Shown: one piece after another, positions 13,186-27,069 of the stretch
Numbering within the stretch: the stretch's first letter is position 1
Layout: the number at the start of each line of letters is the position of its first letter
Assembly (NCBI RefSeq): GCF_009914755.1
Contig: NC_060929.1
Reading direction: 5' to 3' (one strand)
Origin: the human T2T-CHM13v2.0 reference genome, Homo sapiens
DNA length: 64,000 nucleotides
Notes under the pieces: generated by a model
What the model was told of the DNA's origin: nothing
Databases searched by the model: none
The model's input: only the letters and a program-made list of their open reading frames with translations
Made by a program: the position numbers and the translations under genes

Positions 13186-16100
13186 GAAGGCTCTTTGAGC
13201 TTCCCACATTGCTGCAGCCTTTGCAGACAACAGTAAAGCTGGAGAGAAGCCGAATCACACCAGGGTGGGTCCAGAGAGTGGGGGCACTCAGGGACCTCCA
13301 GGCCCCCTGCAGAGTCTGCAGAGGGCCAGCTGCACAGCAGCCCGTGCCAGACACCCCTTCCCCTGTCCACCTACCACTCACTCAACAAAGCCTCGCCTAG
13401 CTCCCCTCCGTGTGGGAGTGGGGAGGAATCCAGCTGGCAGGGATGCTGGGACCAGGGCTGCCTGGTCTCTGTCAGCCCCCTCTTCCTCCCCACCACTGTC
13501 CCCTCACCCCCACATACACTTCACTCTTGGCCGCAGCAACGATGCACACAGCTCCACACTTCTGAACCTTTGCACACACTGTCCACCTGCCGGGCACATC
13601 CTTCCCTTCTTTGTCCATCTTCAGCTCAGTTACCTCCTCTTCCAGGAAGCCTTCTAGGGTTTTCTCCTTCCTAGAGTCAGGCCATCTGTCCCTGTTCCCA
13701 CCACATATATTCTGTCGCATGTGACATGACCTGTTGTTAATGTAGGGTCTGCACAACTCTTCCCCTGTAGAGTCAGGAAAAGGGTCTAATCCCTGTGCCT
13801 CTGGTATTGGATGGGGCCTGGCAGGCAGCATGTGCCCAGAAAATGTGTGCGAAGTCAAACCAAGGAAGTATGGCAAGAACGATAATGCTGCAAATGCACG
13901 CACTGCACAGTAGAAAGGGAAGGCGGAGAGGTGGAGAGGTAGAGGCTCTGCCAGCTCCTAGCCGGCAGGGCGCATTGTGGCGACAGTAACGTTGGGGTAT
14001 TTGGACCTAACAAGTGTGTGTGTGGGGGCGGGGAGGGCCCTGTAAGCAAAAGAGAGCAGCCTGGCCAAGGCGGGATGGGGGACCCTGTAGGTGGTGGAGG
14101 AGCAGAGGGGCTGCACTAACCTCAGTGCCTCTCATAGGCCCCTGACCGGTGGCCTTCACGCAGCCTTCGCTCAGGCTGTCCCTGCCTCTCTGGGCTTCCG
14201 CTGGCTGAGGACGGACTCCCAGGCCCAGCATCAGGGTCCTCTGTGGTTAGGGCCAGCTTCAGCCATTTGGTCACTCTGCACCCCTGTCTGTCCCGAGCTC
14301 TCTGGCTTCCTTTCCATCCTCATCCCTCGGCTCTCTGTTCCCTCTGCCTGGAGTGCCTTCCCTGCGTTTCCAGCTGGTAAGAGGCAGCTCGTCCCCCGGG
14401 ACAGCCTCCTGCTCTGGGAAGACTTTCCTGGCCTCTGGTTCTGGACACAGCTGGGAGCTGGCCTCGTGCCTGCCAGGTAGGAGGTAAGCTGCTGGCTTCC
14501 CTGGCTCAACCTCCAGACTGCCTCGTATGGAGATGGCCCATCTGCCCATTCCCAGACGGTGTGAGAGTGGCCACTCCACGTGGGGCTCGCGGCCAGGGCC
14601 TTGCTGGCAGCAGGAAACCAGGCAGTTCTAAAAATTGGTGTCAAAGGGCTTCTGGCCACCAGTCTCATGGTCGCTGAGGGTTTGGCCATCAGAGTGATGG
14701 CCTGGTGACAGCTGGGGTCCCAGGAGAGTGGGAGTGGGGGCATTCCAAAGTCTTGGGGATTCAGGCCCTGGGGGCCCCGGGTCAGGGCCTCAGCCTCCAT
14801 CACAGGCATAGTTCTAGTCCTTGCCATGAGCCTCCCAGGAGCTGCCCTAGCTGGACAGTGTCCTCTTGCCAGTTCCCGGCTGTCCTGATCCTGGGGTCCA
14901 CACCCCCAGGCCTTCTGCCCTCGGTAGTACACTAAATTTGGCCCTGCCCCTTGTCCCCCTACCCCCCGACCCAAGCCCTGCTGGGTGTCCTCAAGGTCGC
15001 GTCCCACTAGGCATCCCCACCTTGGACCCTTCCCCCGGGCCTGACCCCACACACATGGCCGCCAGTCCTTCCTGGGTCTCTTCAAGGAGCTCTTCGTGGC
15101 CCCCACTCAGTCTCAGTCACACAGCAACCCTGTAAGGTACGTGTCATCATCCCCATCTTACGGAGAAGGAAACTGAGGCCCAGTGAGGGGAAGACCTTGC
15201 CTAGGGCCATGCAGCTGGAGAGGTCTGGGCCCTGGGTCTCCATCCTGTCTGCACTGCAGGCCCGTGCCGCGGTGCTGTCTGGCCTCCCGGCCGCTCTCTC
15301 CTGCTCTAGGCCTCGGAAACCTCTGTTAAATCCTCCCTGCAACCAAGGCCCCCTGGATGTGAAGCACGCAGAGCCACAGGGCTCTGCCTTTCTAGAAGTG
15401 CCCGTGGAAGGGAGCCCAGGCTGTCCCCTTGGCCTCAACCCCAGAGGGAGCATCTCAGTGCTGCCGGCTGTTTCTGGAAGTGTCCACCGACTGGACCTTA
15501 TTATGGCTGCAGGCCTCCTGCCTCCTGAGCTGGACGCTGCCCTCTGTCAAGCTAGGACTGTTCCTGGGGGGTCACTGATGGCGCAGCCTTTGGTCCCCGA
15601 GGCTTCTTTCTGATGTGTGAGAAGCCCCGTCCGTGACAGAAAACCAATTTTTACACCAAACGCCCTGCCTGTATTTGTGATCAGAGAGCTCTGGGAGTTT
15701 TTACAAGTGAATTCAGTGTGTAGCTTCCCAATAGAGGCAGAGGGTGCAGTGTGCGCAGTGCTCCCGGGAGCCCCCACCAAGGGCTGAAGGGAAGTCAAGT
15801 CCAATTCTCGGAAGCCGAGCCTGTGCCTGCACCGGCACTGAAGCTCCCTGTGTGAAAACTGACACAGCAGACGGGGCTGGGCCAGCCCCTGGGACAGAGC
15901 CGACCCACAGCCAGGATGACACCTGGGCAAGAAAGCTGTCCCCAGGCCCCCGAGCTTTCTGTGTGGGGCAGTGGCTGACCTTGGAGAAGCTGCTGGGTGG
16001 GTATGGTCACTGAGGAGGGGACTCCGAGGTGGGCCGGGAAGGAACAGCCTGGCTTTGGAGTCAGATGCACCTACCTGGCTTGGGGATGTGATTCTGACCT

Positions 16101-17691
16101 CCCCTCCTGTCCTGGGGAAGTTGGGCCAGCCCTCTGGGCCGGAGGACCCTGGGCTGTGAACCTCCAGGGGATGGACCCTGCCCACAGTTACCCTACAGAA
16201 TGCCTTTCCCAAACTGGTGTCCCACAGCACACTGCCCTGCAGGGTGCCAACAGGCTTGCCTGGAGACAGGGATTCCACGGCTGAGTAAGTCTGAGAAACA
16301 CTGGGTTACACTCTGCGGAACAGGTTTCTTTCCTGCAGGGCTGTCTGAGCCGTCATTTTAGTTTGTGGGTCTTTGAAAGGACAGTGCTCCTTCCACCCCT
16401 GCAATGGGCTCAGTGGACTCAGCCTCAATGCACTCAGTGCCTGGCTGAGTCACGCAAAGCAACTGAGGCGTGAGGCTGTGCAGACCATCTACAAACCAGG
16501 TGTTTCTACTGGTGGAGTGGGGGCTGAGCCCGGCTCTGGGTGCTCTTGAGAGGAGGACAAGCGCCTCAGGGAAGGGCCTGGGGCTGGTCTGAATGGAGCC
16601 AAGGAATGCATGGGGTGGGGGGCGTGGTCAGGCTGGACAGAGGCATGGCAGGGCAAGTGTCCAAGTGTCTAAGCCCGAGGGAAGTCCTTCTGAGGAGAAT
16701 GAGGGCTGTTCTGAGCAGCTGGGCGGTCTGGAAGGGCAGAGCCCCAGACTGGGCGGGGGCATGCCTTGGGTGGTGGTTGGCTGGGTGTGTGGGGGGGTCT
16801 CCCCTATCTAGGCAGCCCTCCCCTGCCCCAGACAATAGGGCACCGGCCATCAGCTGCCCCGTTCCTCTCCCAGCATCTCCCACAGAAGGAGTGGGAAGGA
16901 AAGTAGCTCGGGGAGGTTTACCACCAGCTCACAGAGCGAAGGCCAGGGCTCAGCCTTGCAGGGCCCAGGTTCAAATCCCTCCTCTGAGCCTCAGCTTCCT
17001 CATCTATGGATGCCACAGCACTGTGCCTGGAGATGCTCATGACTGTCCAGCTCGCTCCCCTGCCTGATCAAAGCCCTTGAATCCACCAGAGGTTTTCAAC
17101 GCCTTCTGCCCTCTGAGAAACCCCACAGCTGTTTACAAGCCTTGGTTCTGCTTTAAATCACTCTTTCCCCATGGAGATCAGCCGGGCTCCGGGATGTTTC
17201 CGGATGTGTGAGAAACAAACAAAGCTCTGGGCTGCACATGAGCAGCAGGCCAGGCGGCCACCTGTCCTGGGACCCCGGATGGGCAGCCCTCCCCCAGCCC
17301 TGGTGCTGCCTCAGTCCCTTGCTTTGCTCAGGGACTGGGGTGTCCCCGAGCCTCAGTTTCCTCATTTGTGAAATGCAGGTCATGCCATTCTCCTCTCAAA
17401 CAACAAGTTCAAATTGGGTCCCAGGTCAGTGGCCTTTGTTTCCCAGACCAATGCAAGATGCGAAGCCCCACGGGCAAGCAGACACTGGATTAGGGTTTGC
17501 CCTGGCCCTGGGGGACAGTGCTGGGAGCGACCCGTGTGTGGCCTTCCAAGAGGCCGGCAGCAGGACCCTGGACGGTGCCGCCAGCTCTGCCACCTGTGAA
17601 GCTGAGGCTTTGCTCTCTCCCTCCCTCGGCCTGTCGCGTATTTCCTAAGCCGGGTTCACAGAGCCATCTTTTGAGGCATATTAACAAGTGT

Positions 17692-18267
17692 TGAAACCAG
17701 CCCTATAAACGTTATAAAGTTAATTAGGGAAGAAGGGAGGGGGAGGAACAAAAATAAACCAAGCTTGTGGCACACTCAGCATCATCATGAGCTCAGCGTG
17801 CTCCCTGACCCCTTCTCGGAACTGTTTTCCTGCTGCCTCAGAATCGCGCAGGTTCTCTTACAGGGTCATGGTTCCCCTTAACTGCTCCGTAGATACCAAT
17901 CTGAACGTAAAAAACTACCTTTTCCCTACTCTTTCAGAGCCTGCACACCAGTGAAACTACAAAGTCAGCTGGTCGGAAGGATCCCACGGGAGCTGATTCA
18001 CCGGAGTGCGGTCTCCACATCCTGCTGATTTCAGCCCCCCGGTCCTGACCGATCAATGACCCCAATTTTCCAGCCCCTCACCCTCCATGATCCCCTTAAA
18101 CACCCTGGCCCAGAACTCCTTGGGGGGATGGATTTGAGGGTCTCCTCCATCTCCTTGCTGGGTGCCCTGCAATCATTAAACTCTTTCTCTGCAGCAAACC
18201 CTGCTGTCTCAGTGTAATTGGCCTGGTACTAACGCAGCGGGCATTTGAAACTGGTGGTCCTATAACC
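17692..18267 (+). mobile_element. LTR26-like ERV1 solo LTR
   Basis: Starts TGAAACCagccctataaac...agggaagaagggagggggagga, has attaaa near the 3' end, and is flanked by a 4-bp TSD gtgt (17688-17691 and 18268-18271). Confidence 0.8.
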
Positions 18268-19295
18268 GTGTGGCTACAGAGGGGAGGTTTCCTGGTGAAG
18301 TACATTCGGGATGTGGAGTATGGTGGCTCCATCCCTGGAGTGTCTTGATGCTCATCTGCCGGGAAAAGCCTGTGCTGCTCTTCTTGCTCTATGTTAGGGA
18401 AAGGTCCAGGGCTGGCCCTGTCCTCCTGACTGCGGCCCAGCACTCCCCAAGATCGGCTCCAGCATCTGCTGAACTGAACCAAACAAATAAACTGGCCCGC
18501 GTTTAGAAGCAGACAGGAGTAAACGCTCAAATCGGCCAGAGCTGGGGGCCTGTCTTGCTTTCTGGCTGTAATTAATGCTGACGGTTCCTGTGAGGGAAAG
18601 GAGCCCTCAAAATGCACTAGGACAAGGCCCCTGGAAGAAGGGCTTACCAGGATTATCAGGCCAGGACCTAGTAATTACACCCCAGATGTTGACAATTCAT
18701 CAAATTACAAGGCTGATGGGGCCTGAGGTCCCAGCCTGGGAAGTGCACATTCCTGTGTGAAGGTTCCCTGAGCCTCCTCCCAGCTCTCATTAGAGCCGGC
18801 TGGTGGATAAGGGGTGGGTGGGCAGCCCCCTTCAGGGCGGGTCAGCACCATACGGTTCTGATTTCTCAGCCTAGGCTCTTTGTACACACATGGGCTGCAG
18901 CAAGACTGTCCGGGGCTTAGCAATTTCCCAAACTCAAATTCTTTGTGCTAGGGAAAGGAAGAAAAGACCCTCAAAGTTAGGTTCAGCCCAGCTGTTGCTG
19001 GTGCCTTGAGGGTGGCACAATGTTCCTCCTGGAGCACTTCTTCCTGGGACCTAGGGCATTTTGTAGAGTGGGCTCTGTAGTGACCTATGCACCTCAACTC
19101 AGCAAACTGTAGGAGCTTCAGCTGGGTGGGGTCCCAAGCGCTTGCACCAAGGTCAGAGACTTGCCCCTCATGTGCTCCTTGGCCTTGCTTGGGCTGCTGC
19201 CCTCTGTGCTGCTCATCTGTAGTGTGAGGGGCTGGAATCGGGCAATGTCTTTCCGGGAGCCAGGTTTTATTTGATCCGTGCAGTTAAAAGAACCC

Positions 19296-19592
19296 AGACT
19301 GGGCATAACGGCTCATGCCCGTAATCCCAGCACTTTGGAAGGTCAATGTAGGAGGATTACCCTGGCTCAGGAGTTTAAGACCAGCCTGGGCAACATAGTG
19401 AGACCTCATCTCTAAAAAAAAAAAAAAAAGGTTGGGTGTGGTGGCACATGCCTGTAGCTCCCGCTACTCAGGAGGCTGAGGCAGGAGGATTGCTTAAACC
19501 GTGGAGGTTGAGGCTGCAGTGAGCTATGATGGCACCACTACACTCCGGCCTGGGTGACAGAGCGAGACTTTGTCTCAAACAAACAAAAAAAC
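19296..19592 (+). mobile_element. AluJ inserted in a MER102-like DNA transposon relic (about 19225-19805)
   Basis: Alu dimer, TSD aaagaaccc; the flank tttgggcttttcttgaaaagccgggagatct resembles MER102. Confidence 0.8.
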
Positions 19593-22344
19593 AAAGAACC
19601 CCAAACCAAATGAATTAGTCACATTTAAAAATTGCAACCTTTTACATAAACGTCCAGAGTTTGGGCTTTTCTTGAAAAGCCGGGAGATCTCGCAGACCCT
19701 GGTCCACAGGCTCCACCCTTCCCTGTGGTCTCACGCCTAGCCTGCTGCCCATGGCGAGGTGACTCGCCAGCTCTGCAGGGCATCTGATTTGTAACCCTTG
19801 GCCTAGAAAGTCTCCCAGGGCCCTTTCAGCTCTATGATGCTGTGAGGCTGTGAAACCGGCTGGCTTCTATTTTGGGGAGAGGACCTGCTCGGTGATGCCT
19901 GAGTGTGCTGGAAGTAATTACATGTATGTCCATGTCACACATCATGGCTAGCAGAGGTGGTGTTTACAGCACTGTGCCTTTGAACCGATCCCAAAATACC
20001 TGCTGAAATGACACATTTGCCCATGACTGGTGGGGAGAGACATGATTACCCTGTCAGGTATCAGAAAATACTGTTCCTCATTAAGGTGGCAGAGAGGAAA
20101 GAGCTTGACCCCCGTGGGGTGAGGGAGGATGGAGGATGGGACCGGTGGGCCGGGATGTGTCTGACTGAGCTGCCCAGGTCACCAGCTCAGGCACAGAGGG
20201 CTGTTCTGGTGGAAGGAAGTCTGGGGGAACACACCATCAGCTCATTTTGGTGCCAGCCGTGGATGGGGTGGAAATCCAGAGTAGGGAGCAGCAGCTGACC
20301 GGAAGTGTGACCTTCACAGAAGGGTGACCGCCACAGCGTGGCCAAACTCCACGAGGCAGTCTAGAGGGAGACAGCGTGACCAGGACAGCTCGCAGCACAC
20401 ACTGAAGCTGCAGTCACTCTGCCTCGCCCTGTGGCCCCTGGACCATGCCCAGGCCAAGCTCTGCCCTCCTGCCCCACCCTTGGGGCATGGTTGGTTTCCC
20501 AGCCTCCCTGAGAGCTGCCCCCTAGGCTGTGGGGTGGGCCCTCCTTGGTTTCCACAGACAATTGTCACCCACTGGTAAAGAACTGGTTGAAACCCTTAAA
20601 AATGCAAAGGATTTTTATAGAATTTGGATTTCCAGCTTCTCTGGAAATGTTGGAAGATGTGGTAGTGATGACTGCATGTGCGGAACTGCACCCCGATGGG
20701 GCGGGTGCCCCGATTCACCCCAGGCCCTGCCGTTTTCTCTGCTCTCCTGCGCCCAACCAGCCTCATCTATTTTCTCACTTGCCGGCGGCTGCAAGCGTCA
20801 GTGAGCCCGTGAGCCTGCAATTCTAGCTCAGGTCCATCTCTCCAGTCCTCCCACCCTCCTGGGCCAGCCTCCGCCAGGCCCCCTACCTCCTGCCCCACAT
20901 ACCCATCCTTCCTGCACAGTGAAGGAGCAGGGTACATCCTGATGATGAGGTCCTGCCCCGTAGACCTGGGAGTGAGCTGCTGAATTTCCCTGGAGCGCGT
21001 TTCCTCCTCTGCAAACTGAGTGTGTTGCGGATGGAATGGTTCCCTGGATCTGGGCTCACAGCAGGCAGCAGGGGAAGGGTGGGTTAATGAGAGCAGCTGT
21101 GACGCGCTGGGCCAGCCCTGGGGCAAATGAAGCCAGGGAACAGAGTGGAGCTGAAGCAATGTGGGCCCTTCCCTCCCTATCTAGATGTCACTGGCCCTGA
21201 CCACAGACCGGCCAGGCAGAAGCCTCATCATCCCCATTTCACAGATGAAGATCTGGAGCTCGGAGAGGCCAGGACACCAGCCCAAAGCTTTGCTCGAGCC
21301 CTGTGCCCTGCCTGCTGACTGCCCCTCCTCTGGCTGCTGTAGCACCTGGCACACCCTCACCCACTGCCCTCAGGGCAAAGCTGTACCCCTGGCCTGGCAT
21401 TCAAGGACAACCTCTTCCTCCTGAGCGCCTCCTTCCAGACTCACGTGTCACCTCTTCTGAGAAGCCTTCTTCAGCTCCCGCCCCCGCCAGTTTCTCACTT
21501 ATGGACTCACTGCTCTGTCTTCCTGCCACCTCTCCTCCCACAGTGACCAGCCACATGGCTCCAGTGCCCACCACAGATGCCCTTCCTGACCGGAGGATGT
21601 GCAGCCTTGGCTCGCACACCCCTGGTGATGTGGAACTCACTGCTCCCCGGGCAGACTGAGGGGTTTGCAAAGATTTTGTTTAAGCCTGGTCCTTCTCAGG
21701 CTAGACCCTCCACCTTGCAGCGCCTGGTTCAATTGTGCCCAGAACCTCCACGTGGCTGGGAAGACGAGGCCTCAGGTTCCAGCCCAGGGAGGGCTCTCAG
21801 CTTGGGTGGGTGGGGCTGTGGGCCCCTTTGTCCAGCCACCCGGGGTGGAACTCCAGAGTGGACAAGAGATGGCCAATTCCTCAAGGCTGGGTGCTCCAGG
21901 GACACAGGCTTCTCACCTCCCCCTACGCCCTTACCATCCCGGCCCATCTTGGGTGCACCCTCTCTGGATGTTCCCCCTGAAACTCCCCACTTATCAGCAT
22001 CCTCTTCACCTTCTGACTTCGACTCACACCTCCCTTCCTCAAGGCGGTGCCCCTGACCCCCACCAGGCCAGGTCTGGGTAACGGGAGCCCCGCCTCCTAG
22101 CCCTGGCCACGAGGCATAGTGAAGCTGGAATTTGTGGGAGTTTTTTGTTCTGTCTGCCACTCAACCACAGGCTCCAAGTGGGGAGGGACCCCTGGATGTG
22201 TTTCCTGCTACCGTATCCCAAATGCCGAAGCGCCTCGTACATAACGAGAACACAGTAAATACCCGCTGAATGGATCAACAACGGTGAAGGGAACGATTCT
22301 CTGAATGAACGTCCATCCTGCTGGCTCTCGTGCCCGGCCAGGGA

Positions 22345-22358
22345 ACACTAGAGGGCGC
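22345..22358 (+). promoter_or_regulatory. Candidate CTCF site
   Basis: aCACTAGAGGGCGC differs by one base from the core CCAC(C/T)AG(A/G)GGGCGC and lies in a locally CpG-retaining patch. Confidence 0.55.
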
Positions 22359-23977
22359 GCTTGACCTGCCGAAGGCTGCCTCCAGCCCTGGCGGACTCTT
22401 GCGCTGGACTCCCGCCCTCGGGCCACAGCCTGGGCGATCAGCCAGGACGCTGGCCATTGAGGATGCAGGCCCAAAAGGGGCGCCTTCAGCCTCACAGGCT
22501 TCCCTGGCTGGCATTGGTAATGGACAGAGCAGTGGGAACGGTCCCTGAACCCAGTCCGTGTGCCCAACTCTGAAGCTCTCCTGCGTCATCTCCTTGGTTC
22601 CCCCAATAGCTGAAGGGGCCGAGGCTTGGCGGGGCTAGGGACGTGCCTGAGGCCACATGGACTATAGACCCCTGGGCCCATTCTGTCTCCACTGCATGGG
22701 CTGGACATCGTGCCAGCCCTGGGTCCTGGTCGGGGGCAGCTTCATACCAAAATCACTGCTTTCTCTTTAGTCTATTTGCTTCGAAGACCTGGGCTTGGCT
22801 CGGTGACTTTGTGCAGGTCTGTGAACATGTTCTTCCATGTGATGGGGCGAGGATGCTGTGGGGCTGGTCTGTTGCCTGGGGAAGTGGGAGGCGGTTCCAG
22901 CCAGTGACCACGCTGCAAACATATCACAGGCAAAACAGCAAAGCGCAGGACCAACCCCCTCTGCTGGGCCCCCTACACTGCTGTCCCTGCTAAGTCTCCT
23001 CCCAGAGCTAGGTGTGGACAGGAGGTACCTGGGCTGCTGCCAGGAGGATGCAAAAAACTGCAGCAGATACAGGAGGCATCTGGGAGCCGAGGGCGGAGCA
23101 GCAGCTCGGGCCCCACTGACCTGGGGTGGCCGCCTCCTGTGAATGGGCTGCCCCACATGGGACACTCACGGGGACACTGGGGACACAGTGCTGGACCAAG
23201 ACAAGAGGCTGGACTCAAGAGACTTAGGGCCCTGGGGAGAACGGCCAGCATGGTGGCCCTGGTTGCATCTCCCTGAGGTTCCAGTCTGCGTGCCATTATC
23301 AGGGACTCCGGAGTCGGCTTTCATCCGGTCTCAGCTTCACTAGAATCTGGGGATTGTGGGGTGGCACTGTAGGGGTCAGACGGAAATGAGATGGAGGATG
23401 TTGAAATCTAAAAACAGATGAATTTGGGATATTTCAGATAAATCGTTTAACTGATTACATTTTTATAATCAAAGCTGTTTTTGAACTACAAGAGTGCAAG
23501 AGAGCGTGTGAACGTGCGGTGCTCCATGGGCCTTTCTTGTTCACTTGATTAATTCCAAACCGTCCATCCGAGTCCTTCATTTCAAAATTGGTCCCAGGCC
23601 GAGGCCCCGTCTCACAGACCACATTTCAGCCCAGAGCTCTCGCAGTCCCCTGGGGCCCCGGCTGTCGCTGCTCCCAGGACTGAGGCCGGAGATGAAGTGC
23701 AGTCACCGCTCCCTCGACTCCAGAGGGGCTTGGGCACGGCGCTCCGGGGCCCAGGAGGTGCCGTGCGTGTGGTTTTGGGTGTGCTCAGAGCTGACCTGTG
23801 ACGCCTGCCAGCCCTCGTTTCTGTTAGTCATTCAGGCTTCACCAGCAAATTAGTGCAACCGCCTCCTACCCGCACCCCTTCCTCCAGTTTCTGCCCTGTA
23901 GCCAAGGAGGCCTTTTCTACTTTTTAATAATTAATTGATTGATTTAAAATTTTATTTTTTAAAACAGACGGGGATTC

Positions 23978-24386
<409 letters not shown>

Positions 24387-24999
24387 TCATTACCAGGGGA
24401 AGATTTAGAAATTCTTCCTAATTTCTAATAACGGCTATGACACGGAGGTATGAATGAGGAATAGGAGAGGAGGTGAAATGAAGAAATGGACTTTTAAGTT
24501 TAAGTTAGAAGGACTTAGTTTTTGTTTTTCTTTTTTCGTAAAGCAGGAAAGCATCCTAACACTTTGATACCAGGGGTGGAATACAATAGTTGGGAAGGGA
24601 GCAGCAGGGCTGGATACAGACAGGTATGAGCAGGAGAAACCAAACATCCTCTCCAAGTATGTGTTTCTGGGGGTGGTCTGAGAAGCACTCTCCTGCCAAT
24701 AAGCAGCCCATCCTGGCCCCGGCCCTGCTACTGTAGACAGCTTGAGAGGCTGGCTGGTTGGTGTGAGGGAGTAGGGTCACATAGCCTGGGTGCTAATCCA
24801 GGCTTTGGCATGCAAGCAGGCCGTGTGTCTCAGCTAAGTCCTGTCACCCTCTGAGCTCAGATTTCTCATCTGTCAGGTAGGGTTGAAACCACTAGCCTCC
24901 CATGGTGAGACGGCATGCATGAGTGCGCACCCAGCAAGCACTCAATACTTGCACCTGCTTCCCTGGCACATTGGAAGGGCTTTGGGAGATGAAGGGTGA

Positions 25000-25599
<600 letters not shown>

Positions 25600-26559
25600 T
25601 GACCTGTGCACTTGCTTTTTCCTCTGCCGGGATCTCCCCCAAGATCTCTGCAGCTTTTTCATCATTTAAATCTCACTTCAATGTTACTTTCCTCAAGAAC
25701 CTTCTGATTATTTAATCCAAATTATACCTGTCCATTCACCCAGCCAACACTCTCATCACATCCTTGTTTTATTCTCTTGTAAGTACATTAAATGATATCG
25801 AAGAAATGTTTAAATAGCTTTCTGAATGTGTAAAACAAACCAGAAAGTCACTGAAGCTTAATGTTAAGAGTTAAGACAATCAAACTACCAAAGAAGAGGA
25901 AAAGCAAACATTGTGACATTGTAAATAGGAGATGATGAGAAAGTCTAATGTTTTCTGTGTAAGTCAAAGTTCAGGCAAGATTAAGCCCTGCATGAGTGAC
26001 ACGTGGTTTCATCTTAGTCAGATGCCACAGTTTAGAGAGGAAAAAGCGCTCATGATAAACAAGATACCTCCGGGAAGATGACATTGAGCTTCTAATTATT
26101 CATTCCTCTCTATCCCAGGGCAAACTCCCATTCCCATATGGTTCTCTAAAGACTGTGACTGGGCCTGATCCATCTTTGTGCCACCCCAGTGCCCAGGCCA
26201 GGGTATGACACCCACCAGATTTGTTGAACACAGCCAAGCCTCCTATTTCTGAGATGGGCAAATCACTTTATCCACATAAATACTGATTACTACCCCAAAA
26301 TGCAAGAGTGCCATGCCTAGGGCTCCTCTGAAGGCTCAACTTTTGATCCACAATGTTCTGAGTTAGGAATTATCCCTATGCTGTTGATTCTATGATGTCT
26401 TCCGTCCCTGGACCAGTTGGGATCCAAAAGCTCTTAAACACGGGTGATTTCCTCTTTAAACTCTATGCCTGCAATTCCAACCTTTACCACGAGGTGACAG
26501 GATTACACAAACCTTATCAAAACTAGTTTAATCTCTGACTAGTTCTAATTAAAATATGC

Positions 26560-27010
26560 CCTAAATTAAAACAATATTCATACATATATGTATATATTTT
26601 AAAACTTATATTGGCATAGCTTTAAAAGTGTAATACCCACAGTTGGCCAGCATTTGGGGAAATAGACAGCATTTATTCATTGTTGGTGGGAATGTAAATT
26701 AGTACAGTCTCCTGGAGGGCAATTTGGCAATACACATCAAAAGCCTTACACATGTGCAAACCCTTTGGTGCAGCAATTCCACTTTTAGTCATTTATTCTA
26801 AGGAGATAATCATGGAAATAAGCTATATTTATTCCCAGGATGTTGACTGTAAGGGTGAAAAATTGTCAATATAAATAATTTAACTTTGAGACTAAATAAA
26901 TGATATATCGGATCAAATACAATGTAGCCATTACATTCTCTAAGGATTTTTAATGATGCAGAAAAGTCTCATGCTATATTTAGTGAAAAAAATAGTACAA
27001 AAAAGTATGT
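26560..27010 (+). mobile_element. Old L1ME-like 3' fragment
   Basis: cattgttggtgggaatgtaaattagtacagtctcctggagggcaatttggcaatac and gcagcaattccactttta are L1 ORF2-end/3' motifs. Confidence 0.75.
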
Positions 27011-27028
27011 CCAATGTAATTGTATTTT

Positions 27029-27069
27029 AGATTATGAGACTGACGTGCTGCCCACTGCACTAAGAAGGC
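27029..27069 (-). pseudogene. tRNA-Met(CAT) elongator 5'-half retropseudogene (tailless)
   Basis: Reverse complement GCCTTCTTAGTGCAGTGGGCAGCACGTCAGTCTCATAATCT matches nt 1-41 of elongator tRNA-Met, with CpG decay. It is flanked by tgtaatt(g/c)tatttt repeats. Confidence 0.88.

Noticed and set aside
14231-16278. 291-aa and 243-aa minus-strand ORFs
   Set aside because: They show no Gly-X-Y pattern or recognisable domain, and such ORFs are expected by chance at this GC content.
27029-27069. Functional tRNA-Met gene
   Set aside because: It lacks the T arm/B box and the 3' acceptor strand, so it cannot be a functional Pol III tRNA gene.
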